A DNA stretch of 64,000 bases from a virus (taxonomy: Duplodnaviria; Caudoviricetes), in IMG/VR virus record IMGVR_UViG_3300025924_000017, positions 96,001 through 160,000 of that record; one strand, given 5' to 3'. Made by a program: the position numbers and the translations under genes. Positions 5,625-13,851 of this stretch are shown piece by piece (the stretch's first letter is position 1; each line of letters starts with the position of its first letter). Under the pieces are notes generated by a model. It saw only the letters and a program-made list of their open reading frames with translations, did not search any database and had not been told where the DNA came from.

Positions 5625-5654
5625 ATCAGCGATGGAGATTCGTCGCTGGTTTTT
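5625..5654 (+). terminator. terminator-like hairpin inside array 2
   Basis: 10-bp stem ATCAGCGATG/CGTCGCTGGT (two G:U), then TTTT. Confidence 0.45.
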
Positions 5655-5730
5655 AGTCCGATAGCTCATTCAGGAGAGCGCCGCTGTGACATGGCGGAGG
5701 TGCGCGGGGCAGAACCGCGTCGGACTACCA
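5655..5730 (+). tRNA. tRNA-Val(GAC)
   Basis: AGTCCGA/TCGGACT, CCGCT-GT GAC AT-GGCGG, T-loop GGCAGAA, CCA. Confidence 0.82.
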
Positions 5731-5736
5731 AATCAT

Positions 5737-5813
5737 TCTCCGTTAGCTGGTCGGTCTGGCCGCTGGGCTCTGAACCCGGAAAGAAGAACGTTCGAATCGT
5801 TCGCGGAGAGCCA
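5737..5813 (+). tRNA. tRNA-Gln(CUG)
   Basis: TCTCCGT/GCGGAGA (U1:A72), loop CT CTG AA, TTCGAAT, CCA. Confidence 0.85.
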
Positions 5814-5818
5814 AACAT

Positions 5819-5894
5819 TGCCCGTTAATTGCTAGGTGCGGTCGCCGGGTTTTGACCCCGGTAGGAAAAGGTTCGAATCCTTTGCGGGCATCCA
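5819..5894 (+). tRNA. tRNA-Gln(UUG)
   Basis: TGCCCGT/GCGGGCA, CCGGG-TT TTG AC-CCCGG, TTCGAAT, U73, CCA; weak D-arm. Confidence 0.8.
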
Positions 5895-5900
5895 GAACAT

Positions 5901-5985
5901 TCCCTTCTGGCGGAACGAGTAGACGCGCTGCACTGTTAATGCAGTATCGAAAGATGTGCAGGGGCGGAGCCTGCGGAGGGAGCCA
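5901..5985 (+). tRNA. tRNA-Asn(GUU), long variable arm
   Basis: TCCCTTC/GGAGGGA, CTGCA-CT GTT AA-TGCAG, ATC-GAAA-GAT arm, T-loop GGCGGAG, CCA. Confidence 0.8.
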
Positions 5986-5994
5986 ATCAAATTT

Positions 5995-6070
5995 TGGTGT
6001 GTAGCTCAGTCGGCAGAGCGGCGGATTGTTAATCCGAAGGTCGCAGGATCGTACCCTGCCACGCCAGCCA
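5995..6070 (+). tRNA. tRNA-Asn(GUU)
   Basis: TGGTGTG/CACGCCA, loop TT GTT AA, T-loop ATCGTAC, CCA. Confidence 0.82.
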
Positions 6071-6076
6071 AATTAT

Positions 6077-6158
6077 AGTCGCGAAGTGCTGAATGGAACG
6101 GAGGCAACGCACTACGAATGCGTAAACCCTGTGGGTTCGAGTCCCACCGCGACTACCA
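6077..6158 (+). tRNA. tRNA-Arg(ACG)
   Basis: AGTCGCG/CGCGACT, ACGCA-CT ACG AA-TGCGT, TTCGAGT, CCA; enlarged D region. Confidence 0.82.
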
Positions 6159-6165
6159 GTTTTGA

Positions 6166-6241
6166 CGTGCCGTCGCCTAAAGGTAAGGCCCTTCGCTCAT
6201 AACGACAGTGTATGTGAGTTCGATTCTCACCGGCACCACCA
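6166..6241 (+). tRNA. tRNA with CAU anticodon (Met/fMet/Ile2 unresolved)
   Basis: C1.C72 mismatch, loop CT CAT AA, only 3-bp anticodon stem, TTCGATT, CCA. Confidence 0.7.
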
Positions 6242-6244
6242 AAT

Positions 6245-6327
6245 GGCCCCGTAGCTCAGCGGACAGAGCGCCGGTCTTCTAAGCCGGGAAATCAACGTCG
6301 GGGGTTCGACTCCCTCCGGGGCTTCCA
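6245..6327 (+). tRNA. tRNA-Arg(UCU)
   Basis: GGCCCCG/CGGGGCT, loop CT TCT AA, 12-nt variable region, TTCGACT, CCA. Confidence 0.88.
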
Positions 6328-6333
6328 GATCAC

Positions 6334-6408
6334 AGCCGCGTAGCTCAACGGAAAGAGCGCCAGTTTCCGAAACTGAGGATCGGTGTTCGATTCACCGCGC
6401 GGCTACCA
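6334..6408 (+). tRNA. tRNA-Arg(CCG)
   Basis: AGCCGCG/CGCGGCT, CAGT-TT CCG AA-ACTG, TTCGATT, CCA. Confidence 0.88.
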
Positions 6409-6576
6409 GTTCCGCCCTGTCATCTTTCTTGTCGATAATGTCGTCGTTCTTGACGAATACTCACCTCTATCATAAAATGCGGCCCATCAAACATCGCTAC
6501 GTGCCGGGGGCTCGAATGCGGATCGTCAGGGCGCATTTTGTCGCGCCCCGAAGTCAAAGCACCAGAGGGTTGCGTA

Positions 6577-6906
6577 GTGGATATCAGCGACATCGAAACC
6601 GATACCGCCGACCGGCGGCGCGCTCGCGGCAAGAAGCCGTCGATCTTCAACTGGGAGATCAATTTCGGGCACGTGGCTATCGTGCTCTCACTTTTTCTGT
6701 CCGCAGCAGGCCTTTACGCGCACGATGAGGCGCGTATCTCGGTCATCGAGAGCCGGGTCGATGACCTGACCTCCCAAAATCTCCCGCCGCGCATGGCTGC
6801 CGCCGAGACGCAACTCCACGACATTCACGACAGCATGAAGGAGGTCACGAACCTCCTTGGTCAGATTCACAACGACCTGTCTCAGAAAGCGGATAAGCCA
6901 AAATAA
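6577..6906 (+). CDS. single-TM membrane protein with coiled coil
   Basis: GAGGG SD before GTG 6577; hydrophobic HVAIVLSLFLSAAGLY then heptad-like C-terminus. Confidence 0.7.
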   Translation: MDISDIETDTADRRRARGKKPSIFNWEINFGHVAIVLSLFLSAAGLYAHDEARISVIESRVDDLTSQNLPPRMAAAETQLHDIHDSMKEVTNLLGQIHNDLSQKADKPK

Positions 6907-7131
6907 TTACTTCATAACCGGCGTCATAAACTCCCGGCGTCCTGTTCATTCCGTGTTCATAATGTTGGAGATCAAGGCATTCGCGGACGAAAAGTCCGGA
7001 AAATAACATCCACTGTCGCCAAATTGGATATTGCACTTTACGGCGAATCCATGTCAGCAAGACGTTAAGCGGCAGAGCGGGACCAATGGGGTCGTTAGCC
7101 TGCGCGCCTTGTTCAGACGAGGAAAGCAAGA

Positions 7132-7347
7132 GTGCGTACAAGGAACGTTGAAGGGGAAAAGAAGGTTGCACCGGCCGCGAATTATTTTGCAGTCGATGAA
7201 ATTCATAAACGGCTCATTAGCCGTGCACACGAACTAGCGGAACTTTCGCTTCAACCTCTCACGCCGGAACTCGTCGGCGAAATGGAAGAAGCTTCCAAGC
7301 ACTTCAACACCGACCTCGCGGAACTCCGTTCGCGGCGCATCGTATAG
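7132..7347 (+). CDS. hypothetical protein
   Basis: 71-aa helical ORF, purine-rich SD, precedes phoH. Confidence 0.55.
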   Translation: MRTRNVEGEKKVAPAANYFAVDEIHKRLISRAHELAELSLQPLTPELVGEMEEASKHFNTDLAELRSRRIV

Positions 7348-7373
7348 CGAGGTTTCACATCAGGGGAGAGTAG

Positions 7374-8180
7374 GTGGATCAGCCTAACGAGTTTTTCGAG
7401 CAAGCATCTCCGCCACCCCGTCTCACCAAATCGCAAGCAAGAGCAGCGCGCCGGGCCGAAAAGGCTTCTACGGGTGGTTCCGGCGCGCCTCTTACAGCCA
7501 AGACCGACAATCAGCGCCGGTATATCGACCGCCTCAAGCGCGGCCAGAGTTTGTTCGCTATCGGACCAGCGGGAACCGGCAAAACCTACCTCCCTGCGCG
7601 GATCGCGGCGCGCAAGCTCCTCGACAAGCAACTCGACAAGTTCATCATCGTGCGCGCCACCGTGGAACCCAACAAGCGCCACGCGCTCGGTTTCAAACCC
7701 GGCAAGCAGGACGACAAGCTGGCGCCGTGGATGATCCCGGTGCTGGACGGCCTGCGCGCGGAGATGAGCGGCGTCGTCCTCGACAAGCTCAAGAACGAGA
7801 AGCGGATCGAGTTCGCGCCTTTCGAAAGTATGCGAGGCCGCACGTTCAACAACGCGATCCTTCTGATCGATGAGGCCCAGAATCTCACGACCGCCGACCT
7901 CAAACTGGTTTTGACGCGTATCGGCGAGGACTGTCAGGTGATCGTCACCGGGGATACCGAACAGACCGATATCCCGGATTCCGGCCTTGCGCGCGTCGTC
8001 GCGATGACGCGCCGTCACCAGATCGAGATGCCTGTGGTCGTCTTTGACGAGGATGATGTGGTGCGCAGCGCCATGACCAAGGCATGGGTCAAGGCATTTG
8101 CCGCAGAATTTGGCAGTACTGCCGCATTTCTTGACGACCCTCCGGCGTTCCTGCAAAATGGCCGCTTAGTTCCCCAGTAA
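7374..8180 (+). CDS. phoH: PhoH-family ATPase
   Basis: GPAGTGKT Walker A, MRGRTF, LIDEAQN, TRIG and VTGDTEQTD motifs. Confidence 0.95.
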   Translation: MDQPNEFFEQASPPPRLTKSQARAARRAEKASTGGSGAPLTAKTDNQRRYIDRLKRGQSLFAIGPAGTGKTYLPARIAARKLLDKQLDKFIIVRATVEPNKRHALGFKPGKQDDKLAPWMIPVLDGLRAEMSGVVLDKLKNEKRIEFAPFESMRGRTFNNAILLIDEAQNLTTADLKLVLTRIGEDCQVIVTGDTEQTDIPDSGLARVVAMTRRHQIEMPVVVFDEDDVVRSAMTKAWVKAFAAEFGSTAAFLDDPPAFLQNGRLVPQ

Positions 8181-8198
8181 AAGCGACCTCCCACAGCC

Positions 8199-8726
8199 AT
8201 GACCTTTGCCTTTGTGGTCGAGACCGGCAACGCCGATCCCGATGCAAACTCCTACGCAGCCGTTGACTTCGCGGACGATTATATCTCCACGAACGCCTTT
8301 GTTGCCGACCTCTGGGCGACCCAGACGACGGATGAAAAGGAAAAATACCTCGTCCGCGCGTCCAAATACATCGACCGGACGATCCAGTGGAACGGCACCC
8401 GCGTGGACGACGAGTCGGGCCTGCGCTGGCCGCGCTCCGGCGTGTACGACGCGGATAGCTTCGAGATTCCCGATGACGTGATCCCGGAAGTCTTGCAGGA
8501 AGCCGTCTGCGAAGTGGCGTCACTCCTCGCCACCGGCACCGACTGGACACAGCCGCAAGACGGCCGAGGGATCAAGGACCTCAAGGCCGATGTCGTCGAG
8601 ATTTCGTTCAACTCGACGCAGGCGATGCGCGCGTCGCTCCCTGACTACGTCATCAACATGCTGTCCGATCTGGGTTCTGTCCGGGGAGGCACGCGCCCGT
8701 CGTTCAAGAAGATCACGCGGGCTTAA
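8199..8726 (+). CDS. head-tail adaptor (DnaT-like domain family)
   Basis: ANSYAAVDFADDY and LRWPR motifs; first gene of the neck block. Confidence 0.75.
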   Translation: MTFAFVVETGNADPDANSYAAVDFADDYISTNAFVADLWATQTTDEKEKYLVRASKYIDRTIQWNGTRVDDESGLRWPRSGVYDADSFEIPDDVIPEVLQEAVCEVASLLATGTDWTQPQDGRGIKDLKADVVEISFNSTQAMRASLPDYVINMLSDLGSVRGGTRPSFKKITRA

Positions 8727-8729
8727 GCC

Positions 8730-9113
8730 ATGAGCTTGCGCAATCTTGTCCGGCAGCAGGTCGCCAACGGCTTCAAAGCGTTCGGCGACATCCCGCGCCC
8801 GGCCGATTATTACCAGATGACCGGCGAGGTCACCCGCGATCTTGTCGCCGGTACGTCCGTCCCGGTGACAAACCACTACCCCCTCAAGGGCGTCATCTTC
8901 GCGAAGTTCGAGGAGAAGGAAAACGATAAGGACGTTTCACGCCTCACCGACGAGAAGGCGATCTTCCCGGCGCTCTATCTGCCGATCACGCCCAGCACCT
9001 CCGACACCATCGTCGATGAAAATGGCGTCGTTTGGGAGGTTGTGGACCGCCTGAGCGATCCGGCGTCCGCCGTTGTGGTCCTCCATATGCGGACCTCGCG
9101 CACCACGACCTGA
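8730..9113 (+). CDS. putative head-closure protein
   Basis: Size and position between adaptor and tail-completion genes. Confidence 0.6.
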   Translation: MSLRNLVRQQVANGFKAFGDIPRPADYYQMTGEVTRDLVAGTSVPVTNHYPLKGVIFAKFEEKENDKDVSRLTDEKAIFPALYLPITPSTSDTIVDENGVVWEVVDRLSDPASAVVVLHMRTSRTTT

Positions 9114-9114
9114 T

Positions 9115-9594
9115 ATGGCGAAATTCACAGTCACCCGGCAAGGAAACTTGCAGGCCGCGCTCACGAACTTCTTCCAAAAGGTGGAAGACGCGTATGTCCG
9201 GAACGAAGATAACCTTCTGATCCAGTTGAACGAGCGCATTCTGGCGCTCACGCCGGTCTGGGAAGGCGATGCGATCATCAACTGGCGCTGGTCTACGCGG
9301 GCGCCGCTGACGGGCCACATCGATCCGGTCGAGACCCCGGAAGACCCCGGACACACGAACGAAATGGCGCTCGGCGAGGAACCACGCCGCGCCGCCAATG
9401 AAACACGGCCGAGACAGTCGCTCATGGCGGCACTGCGCGCCAAGGAACCTCAGGATATTTTTCTCACCAACAACTCTGACCACATCGTCGATCTCGAATA
9501 CGGACTTCTGCCGACGCGCGAGCGCTCTCGTGTCGATGGCGCGCAGGGCATCGTTCGGCTGGCGATCAAGGAAGTCATGGGAAGCCTTCACTAA
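9115..9594 (+). CDS. putative neck/tail-completion protein
   Basis: TPVWEG...NW and LEYG motifs typical of HK97 gp10-like proteins; synteny. Confidence 0.65.
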   Translation: MAKFTVTRQGNLQAALTNFFQKVEDAYVRNEDNLLIQLNERILALTPVWEGDAIINWRWSTRAPLTGHIDPVETPEDPGHTNEMALGEEPRRAANETRPRQSLMAALRAKEPQDIFLTNNSDHIVDLEYGLLPTRERSRVDGAQGIVRLAIKEVMGSLH

Positions 9595-10037
9595 TGCTTG
9601 AAACGGATATGCTCCGCCAAGTCCTGTACCAGCAGGCGATCACGGCGGTCCAAAACAATGGGAACTTTCCCTGCAAGATCGGCAACGAGCCATTCAAGAA
9701 GCCCTCGGACGGCTCGATCTACGGCGAGTTCTGGTTCAAGACCGGCAAGACGACCCAGATGGAGCTTGGCTCCCGGCGCGGCTTCGAATGTACGGCGGGG
9801 GTTGCGCAATTCGCGCTCTTCTCGCCGGAGAAGGATGGCGAGGGTGCCGTCCAACGGTTGGCCGACAATCTGCGGAAAGTGTTCAATCGCAAACAATACA
9901 CGGTGCCGCCGGACGGCTACCTGAACATGGACCCTTGGTCCGTTCAGACTGTCCCGGGCACTCGAAACGGCTACATCGTCGTCATCGTGGACGGAAGCTT
10001 CGACTTCTACCACCGCGATCCTTCGGCGACGCCTTAA
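9594..10037 (+). CDS. putative tail terminator
   Basis: Synteny before the tail tube gene; GVAQFALF..K..GEG pattern. Confidence 0.7.
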   Translation: MLETDMLRQVLYQQAITAVQNNGNFPCKIGNEPFKKPSDGSIYGEFWFKTGKTTQMELGSRRGFECTAGVAQFALFSPEKDGEGAVQRLADNLRKVFNRKQYTVPPDGYLNMDPWSVQTVPGTRNGYIVVIVDGSFDFYHRDPSATP

Positions 10038-10513
10038 CGCGCGCCGTAAGCCATCGCAGCGCTGAAATCCCGGTCGGCATATTCGGTGTGCGCGAATTGG
10101 GGCATGGCGTCGGTGCAATTTGCGATCTGCATCTTGATGTTGGTCGCGAAGTCGTAAGGACCGGTACCGTTCAGGATCACAGCGAGTCCGGCCTCAGTCG
10201 GGACGACAACGAAGTGATCCCAGCCGGTATAGCCACCCGCGCCGGTCTTGGCGTTCACCTCGCCGCAGAGATACCAGTAGGCGGGCAGTCCCCGCGCCGG
10301 ATCGGGATGCATGAAATAGGGGTGGACGTTCCGGAAGCGCGCGCTGGGATAGTCTCGAAGTTCCATCTGCCACGCGGCATGACTGCCGGTCGCAAGTCCG
10401 GCGCCCTGCCGTTGGGCAGCTTCGCGCAGATCGTCGGCACCGGCGGCACCCACCACCAGCACCGCAAAAGCGCACGTTACGGCCGTCAATCCACGCATTT
10501 CTCGCTCACACAT
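10034..10513 (-). CDS. secreted/periplasmic protein, antisense within the structural operon
   Basis: Signal-peptide-like N-terminus ending AGA/DD, CGEVNAK..GGYTG motif, own promoter; start may be ATG 10498. Confidence 0.75.
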   Translation of the reverse strand: MCEREMRGLTAVTCAFAVLVVGAAGADDLREAAQRQGAGLATGSHAAWQMELRDYPSARFRNVHPYFMHPDPARGLPAYWYLCGEVNAKTGAGGYTGWDHFVVVPTEAGLAVILNGTGPYDFATNIKMQIANCTDAMPQFAHTEYADRDFSAAMAYGAR

Positions 10514-10525
10514 AGTTGCGCCCGA

Positions 10526-10553
10526 GCCCTAGCACAACCGTCGAAAATGTCAA
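10526..10553 (-). promoter_or_regulatory. promoter of the antisense gene
   Basis: TTGACA-16-TAGGGC on the minus strand. Confidence 0.5.
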
Positions 10554-10609
10554 CTGACGCGTGACGAAACTGGGGGTTTTGGTTACCAGACCGTAAAATC
10601 CCCGGGCTC

Positions 10610-10684
10610 TTGACAGCCTTGCAAAATGTCGTATAGAACGGCAGACTGCCGCAATTCTTGACATTTTCTTCCGGCTGCTATAGC
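10610..10684 (+). promoter_or_regulatory. tandem promoters for the tail tube operon
   Basis: TTGACA-16-TATAGA (10610) and TTGACA-15-TATAGC, GCTATAGC (10658). Confidence 0.6.
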
Positions 10685-10765
10685 TTCTCAAGCATCGCGC
10701 CGGACCGAGGGTCGGCACTCGCGCGCCTCCCCAAATCCAGAGAATTTCAAGGAACGCAAGCCGTC

Positions 10766-12613
10766 ATGGTCGTTTTGTTTGCCGACTCCAATCGCGCGCG
10801 GATTCGTTACATCAAGGAATCCGACAGCAATTGGGGCTCGACGCCCAATTCCGGCGTTACGCGCGAGCTTCGGTACACCGGCTCGACGCTCAACGTCCAA
10901 AAAGATACCACCACCTCGCAGGAAATCCGCTCGGACCGCATGGTCTCGGACATCGTCGAGACCGCAATGCGGTCCTCGGGCGATCTCAGCGTGGAGTTCT
11001 CCGCCGGTTCGCATGACGACTTCATGGAAGGCTTCATGTACGGCGCGTGGACGCGCCCGATGGGCTTTGACTTCGTCAAGGGCCTGACCGTTTCGTGGGG
11101 TGCGACAAACAAGCTGTATCTGTCCGGCGCCGACTGGACCACCTACTTCACCGTGGGTCACCGCGTGAAGACCTCCGGGTTCGTCAACCCGGCGAACAAC
11201 TCTTATTTCGAGATCAGCGCGCTGACCTTCAACTCCGGCGCCAACCGGACCGAAATCACGATGACGGCCTCAACCGCCGTGATTGAATCCGGCACCGCCT
11301 ACACGCAGGTCATCGACGCGAACGACGTGTTCGTCTTGAACAACACGCACGTTCGTTCCGGCACCGCAGGCGCCTCGACGTTCGACTCGAACAGCAACAA
11401 CGCGTTCGCGTCGGCCATCGCCGCCGGTCAGCTTAAGGTCGGCCAGAAAATCTTCGTCGAAGGTCTTGGCTACGAGCGCGGCTCCGTTGCGTTCGCTGAC
11501 TACGGCACCGAGACGATTGCTGCGGGCGCGACCGTCACCGTCACCGATGGCACCAACTCCGCAACCTTCCAGTTCGGCGGTTCGCTGATCCCCGGCAATA
11601 TCGCCGTCAGCATCGGCGCGGCCAACACCGACGCGGCGACCAACCTCGCAGCAGCGATCAACGCGCTTCGCCCGAGCGGCAAGCTCAACGTCGCAGCGAC
11701 CGTCGCCACGGCAACGGTCAACCTGAAGAACGTCAATCAGGTCGGCGGTTCGATCTCCAAGGCTGGCGACACCAACGCGAACATGACGGTCACGAACTAC
11801 AGCGGTGGCCTCACCAGCGTTCGTGGCGTGTTCACCGTGACCTCCGCAACGGACGACGTCATTGGCGTCAGCCCGGCTCCGGCAACGCTCAACAACTCGA
11901 CCGTCGCGGTCTCGATCAAGGGCTCGATGCTGCGCAATCCGTCGCAAGCAAGCGACATCGTTCCGCACTCCTTCTCGTTCGAAGAAGAGTTCGAGGACGT
12001 GGGTCTCTTCCGCATCGCGGACGGCCAGCGCATCTCGACGATGGCGTACAGCATCTCCTCCGGCAACATCCTGACCGGCTCGTTCGGCCTGATGGGTCGC
12101 GAGATCAAGAAGCTGCTCGCAACGAAGCTGGGCGACACCGGTTCCTACACCGTGCTCGACACCACGGCGACCGTCGTCACCAACGCGACCGTCAACGTCG
12201 GTACGATCTCGATGAACGGCACCGCGCTTTCGACGGCCCTCAAGACCATCACGGTCAACGGCAACAACAACCTGCGCGAACAGCAGGCGGTCGGCAACAA
12301 GTTCCCGGTCGGTATCGGCGCAGGCCGCATCGAGTTCACCGGCAGCGTCGAGGCGTACTTCGCCAACGACGATATGTGGGATCAGTTCATCAACCACCTC
12401 ACCGTTTCGCTCGGCTGGTCGGTTGAGGACACGGACGGCAACCACTACGAGTTCACGGTTCCGGCGTGCGTGTTCACCACCGACACCGAGAACCCGGCGG
12501 GTGGCAACCAAGATATCATGGAGACCATGGACTGGTCTGCGAAGCGCGATCCGGTCACGGAATGCTCGTTCCAGATCGACCGTTTCTCCAGCGTTCAGCC
12601 CATCGCGGCTTAA
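10766..12613 (+). CDS. major tail tube protein
   Basis: ES.WG.TP and SQEIRSDR N-terminus, lambda gpV-like C-terminal motifs, central insert; AAGGA SD; precedes chaperone and TMP. Confidence 0.88.
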   Translation: MVVLFADSNRARIRYIKESDSNWGSTPNSGVTRELRYTGSTLNVQKDTTTSQEIRSDRMVSDIVETAMRSSGDLSVEFSAGSHDDFMEGFMYGAWTRPMGFDFVKGLTVSWGATNKLYLSGADWTTYFTVGHRVKTSGFVNPANNSYFEISALTFNSGANRTEITMTASTAVIESGTAYTQVIDANDVFVLNNTHVRSGTAGASTFDSNSNNAFASAIAAGQLKVGQKIFVEGLGYERGSVAFADYGTETIAAGATVTVTDGTNSATFQFGGSLIPGNIAVSIGAANTDAATNLAAAINALRPSGKLNVAATVATATVNLKNVNQVGGSISKAGDTNANMTVTNYSGGLTSVRGVFTVTSATDDVIGVSPAPATLNNSTVAVSIKGSMLRNPSQASDIVPHSFSFEEEFEDVGLFRIADGQRISTMAYSISSGNILTGSFGLMGREIKKLLATKLGDTGSYTVLDTTATVVTNATVNVGTISMNGTALSTALKTITVNGNNNLREQQAVGNKFPVGIGAGRIEFTGSVEAYFANDDMWDQFINHLTVSLGWSVEDTDGNHYEFTVPACVFTTDTENPAGGNQDIMETMDWSAKRDPVTECSFQIDRFSSVQPIAA

Positions 12614-13007
12614 GGTCCTCTGTCACGAAACTGAAGTTTCGTGACATCGATCTCGCCGAGGGTGATGAGGCGAGGTCATTGATTGCGAGCCGCGTTCACC
12701 GCCTCTGCGCGGCTCGCCTCTAATCCCCGCCGCGATTACGGATCGCGGCACCCCTTTGCTTCTGGGCTTAGGGACTTTTCCCCCGCCATCGGTTTACCGA
12801 TGGCCCCCTCCGGCTTCCGTGCCGGAGGACCTGCTTACCCCCGACGTTCGGCGTAACCGAATGCTTCCGGAAGCAGAGAGTCGCGGGTCTTCGGGGTCTC
12901 GCGGCTCTCACCTCTCTCCCAAATTCAAAATTCGCGCGCCTCGTCACCTGCATTCCAGCGGGCGCCGGATCAATCCCGAACGGAATGCATAATCCCGAAA
13001 GAGTACA

Positions 13008-13451
13008 ATGAGCGAAAACAAGGCCCTCGACCTTTTCGATACCTTCAACAGCAACAAGGAAGCCGAAGAAAACGGCGTGTGGCTCGGTCTGCACCCGGTC
13101 ACCGACTTCAAGGTCCGCGCGTACGGCGCCAAAGCCGTCGTCGATCTGCGTAACCGGCTGACGAAGCCGTTTGCGATGATGATCCGCAACGGCATCGAAA
13201 TCCCCGAAGAGAAGAACGAGGAAATCGGCCTGAAGGTCATGGCGGAAGCCGTGATTGCGGACTGGAAGGGCGTCAAGGACTGGCGCGTCGAAGTCAAAGA
13301 GGGTGAGGAAGCTCCCGATCTTCCGTATTCCCCGGCTAACGCCTACGCGCTGTGTCAGCATCTTCCCCGTCTCGCCAATCAGTTGGCAGCGGCGTCGATG
13401 GACGCGTCGAACTACAAGGACGCCAAGCGCGAGGACGACGCAAAAAACTAA
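13008..13451 (+). CDS. tail assembly chaperone
   Basis: GVW and DWKGV motifs; ends in slippery A AAA AAC TAA. Confidence 0.85.
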   Translation: MSENKALDLFDTFNSNKEAEENGVWLGLHPVTDFKVRAYGAKAVVDLRNRLTKPFAMMIRNGIEIPEEKNEEIGLKVMAEAVIADWKGVKDWRVEVKEGEEAPDLPYSPANAYALCQHLPRLANQLAAASMDASNYKDAKREDDAKN

Positions 13452-13846
13452 CAGAGGCGCTGGAATACACGCTCCGAAATCCAAAGGACAAGGACGCGGC
13501 GTGGAAGGCTGAAATCCGAAAGCTCCAAGGGTTGCCAGAGGCACCCAAGGAGCTTCGGAAGGAAGTCCAACCCTATCCCGATCTTCTCTGGGCGTGGTCC
13601 GGCTTCTGGCGTCTCTCCAACTCCCGACCAGTGGGTTTCAACGGTGTCCTCCGTATCCCGCTGAGCGAGATCGAAGCGTATTCCCGACTGCAACGCTTCG
13701 ATCCCGAACAAGCGCAGGACTTCCTCGTGTTCGTCGAACGCATGGACAACAAGTTCATGGAGTACGTCGAGAAGCAGCGCGAGATCGAAGAACTCAAATC
13801 CCAGAATAAGTCGAAAGAAAAAGGACGCTCGCGCAGGCGGCGTTAG
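13442..13846 (+). CDS. tail assembly chaperone -1 frameshift extension
   Basis: The -1 frame is open from the slippery heptamer 13442-13448 (KKLTEALEY...); FWRLSNSRP..IPLSEI motif. Confidence 0.8.
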   Translation, partial: KKLTEALEYTLRNPKDKDAAWKAEIRKLQGLPEAPKELRKEVQPYPDLLWAWSGFWRLSNSRPVGFNGVLRIPLSEIEAYSRLQRFDPEQAQDFLVFVERMDNKFMEYVEKQREIEELKSQNKSKEKGRSRRRR

Positions 13847-13851
13847 GTTGG

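Noticed and set aside
35-6408. Suppressor/Sec tRNAs or stop-codon reassignment
   Set aside because: No CUA, UUA or UCA anticodon found; genes end normally at TAA, TAG and TGA.
6845-7171. Minus-strand 108-aa ORF in an AT-richer gap
   Set aside because: It overlaps both neighbours and has no clear SD or motif; it cannot be supported, though a shorter gene is not excluded.
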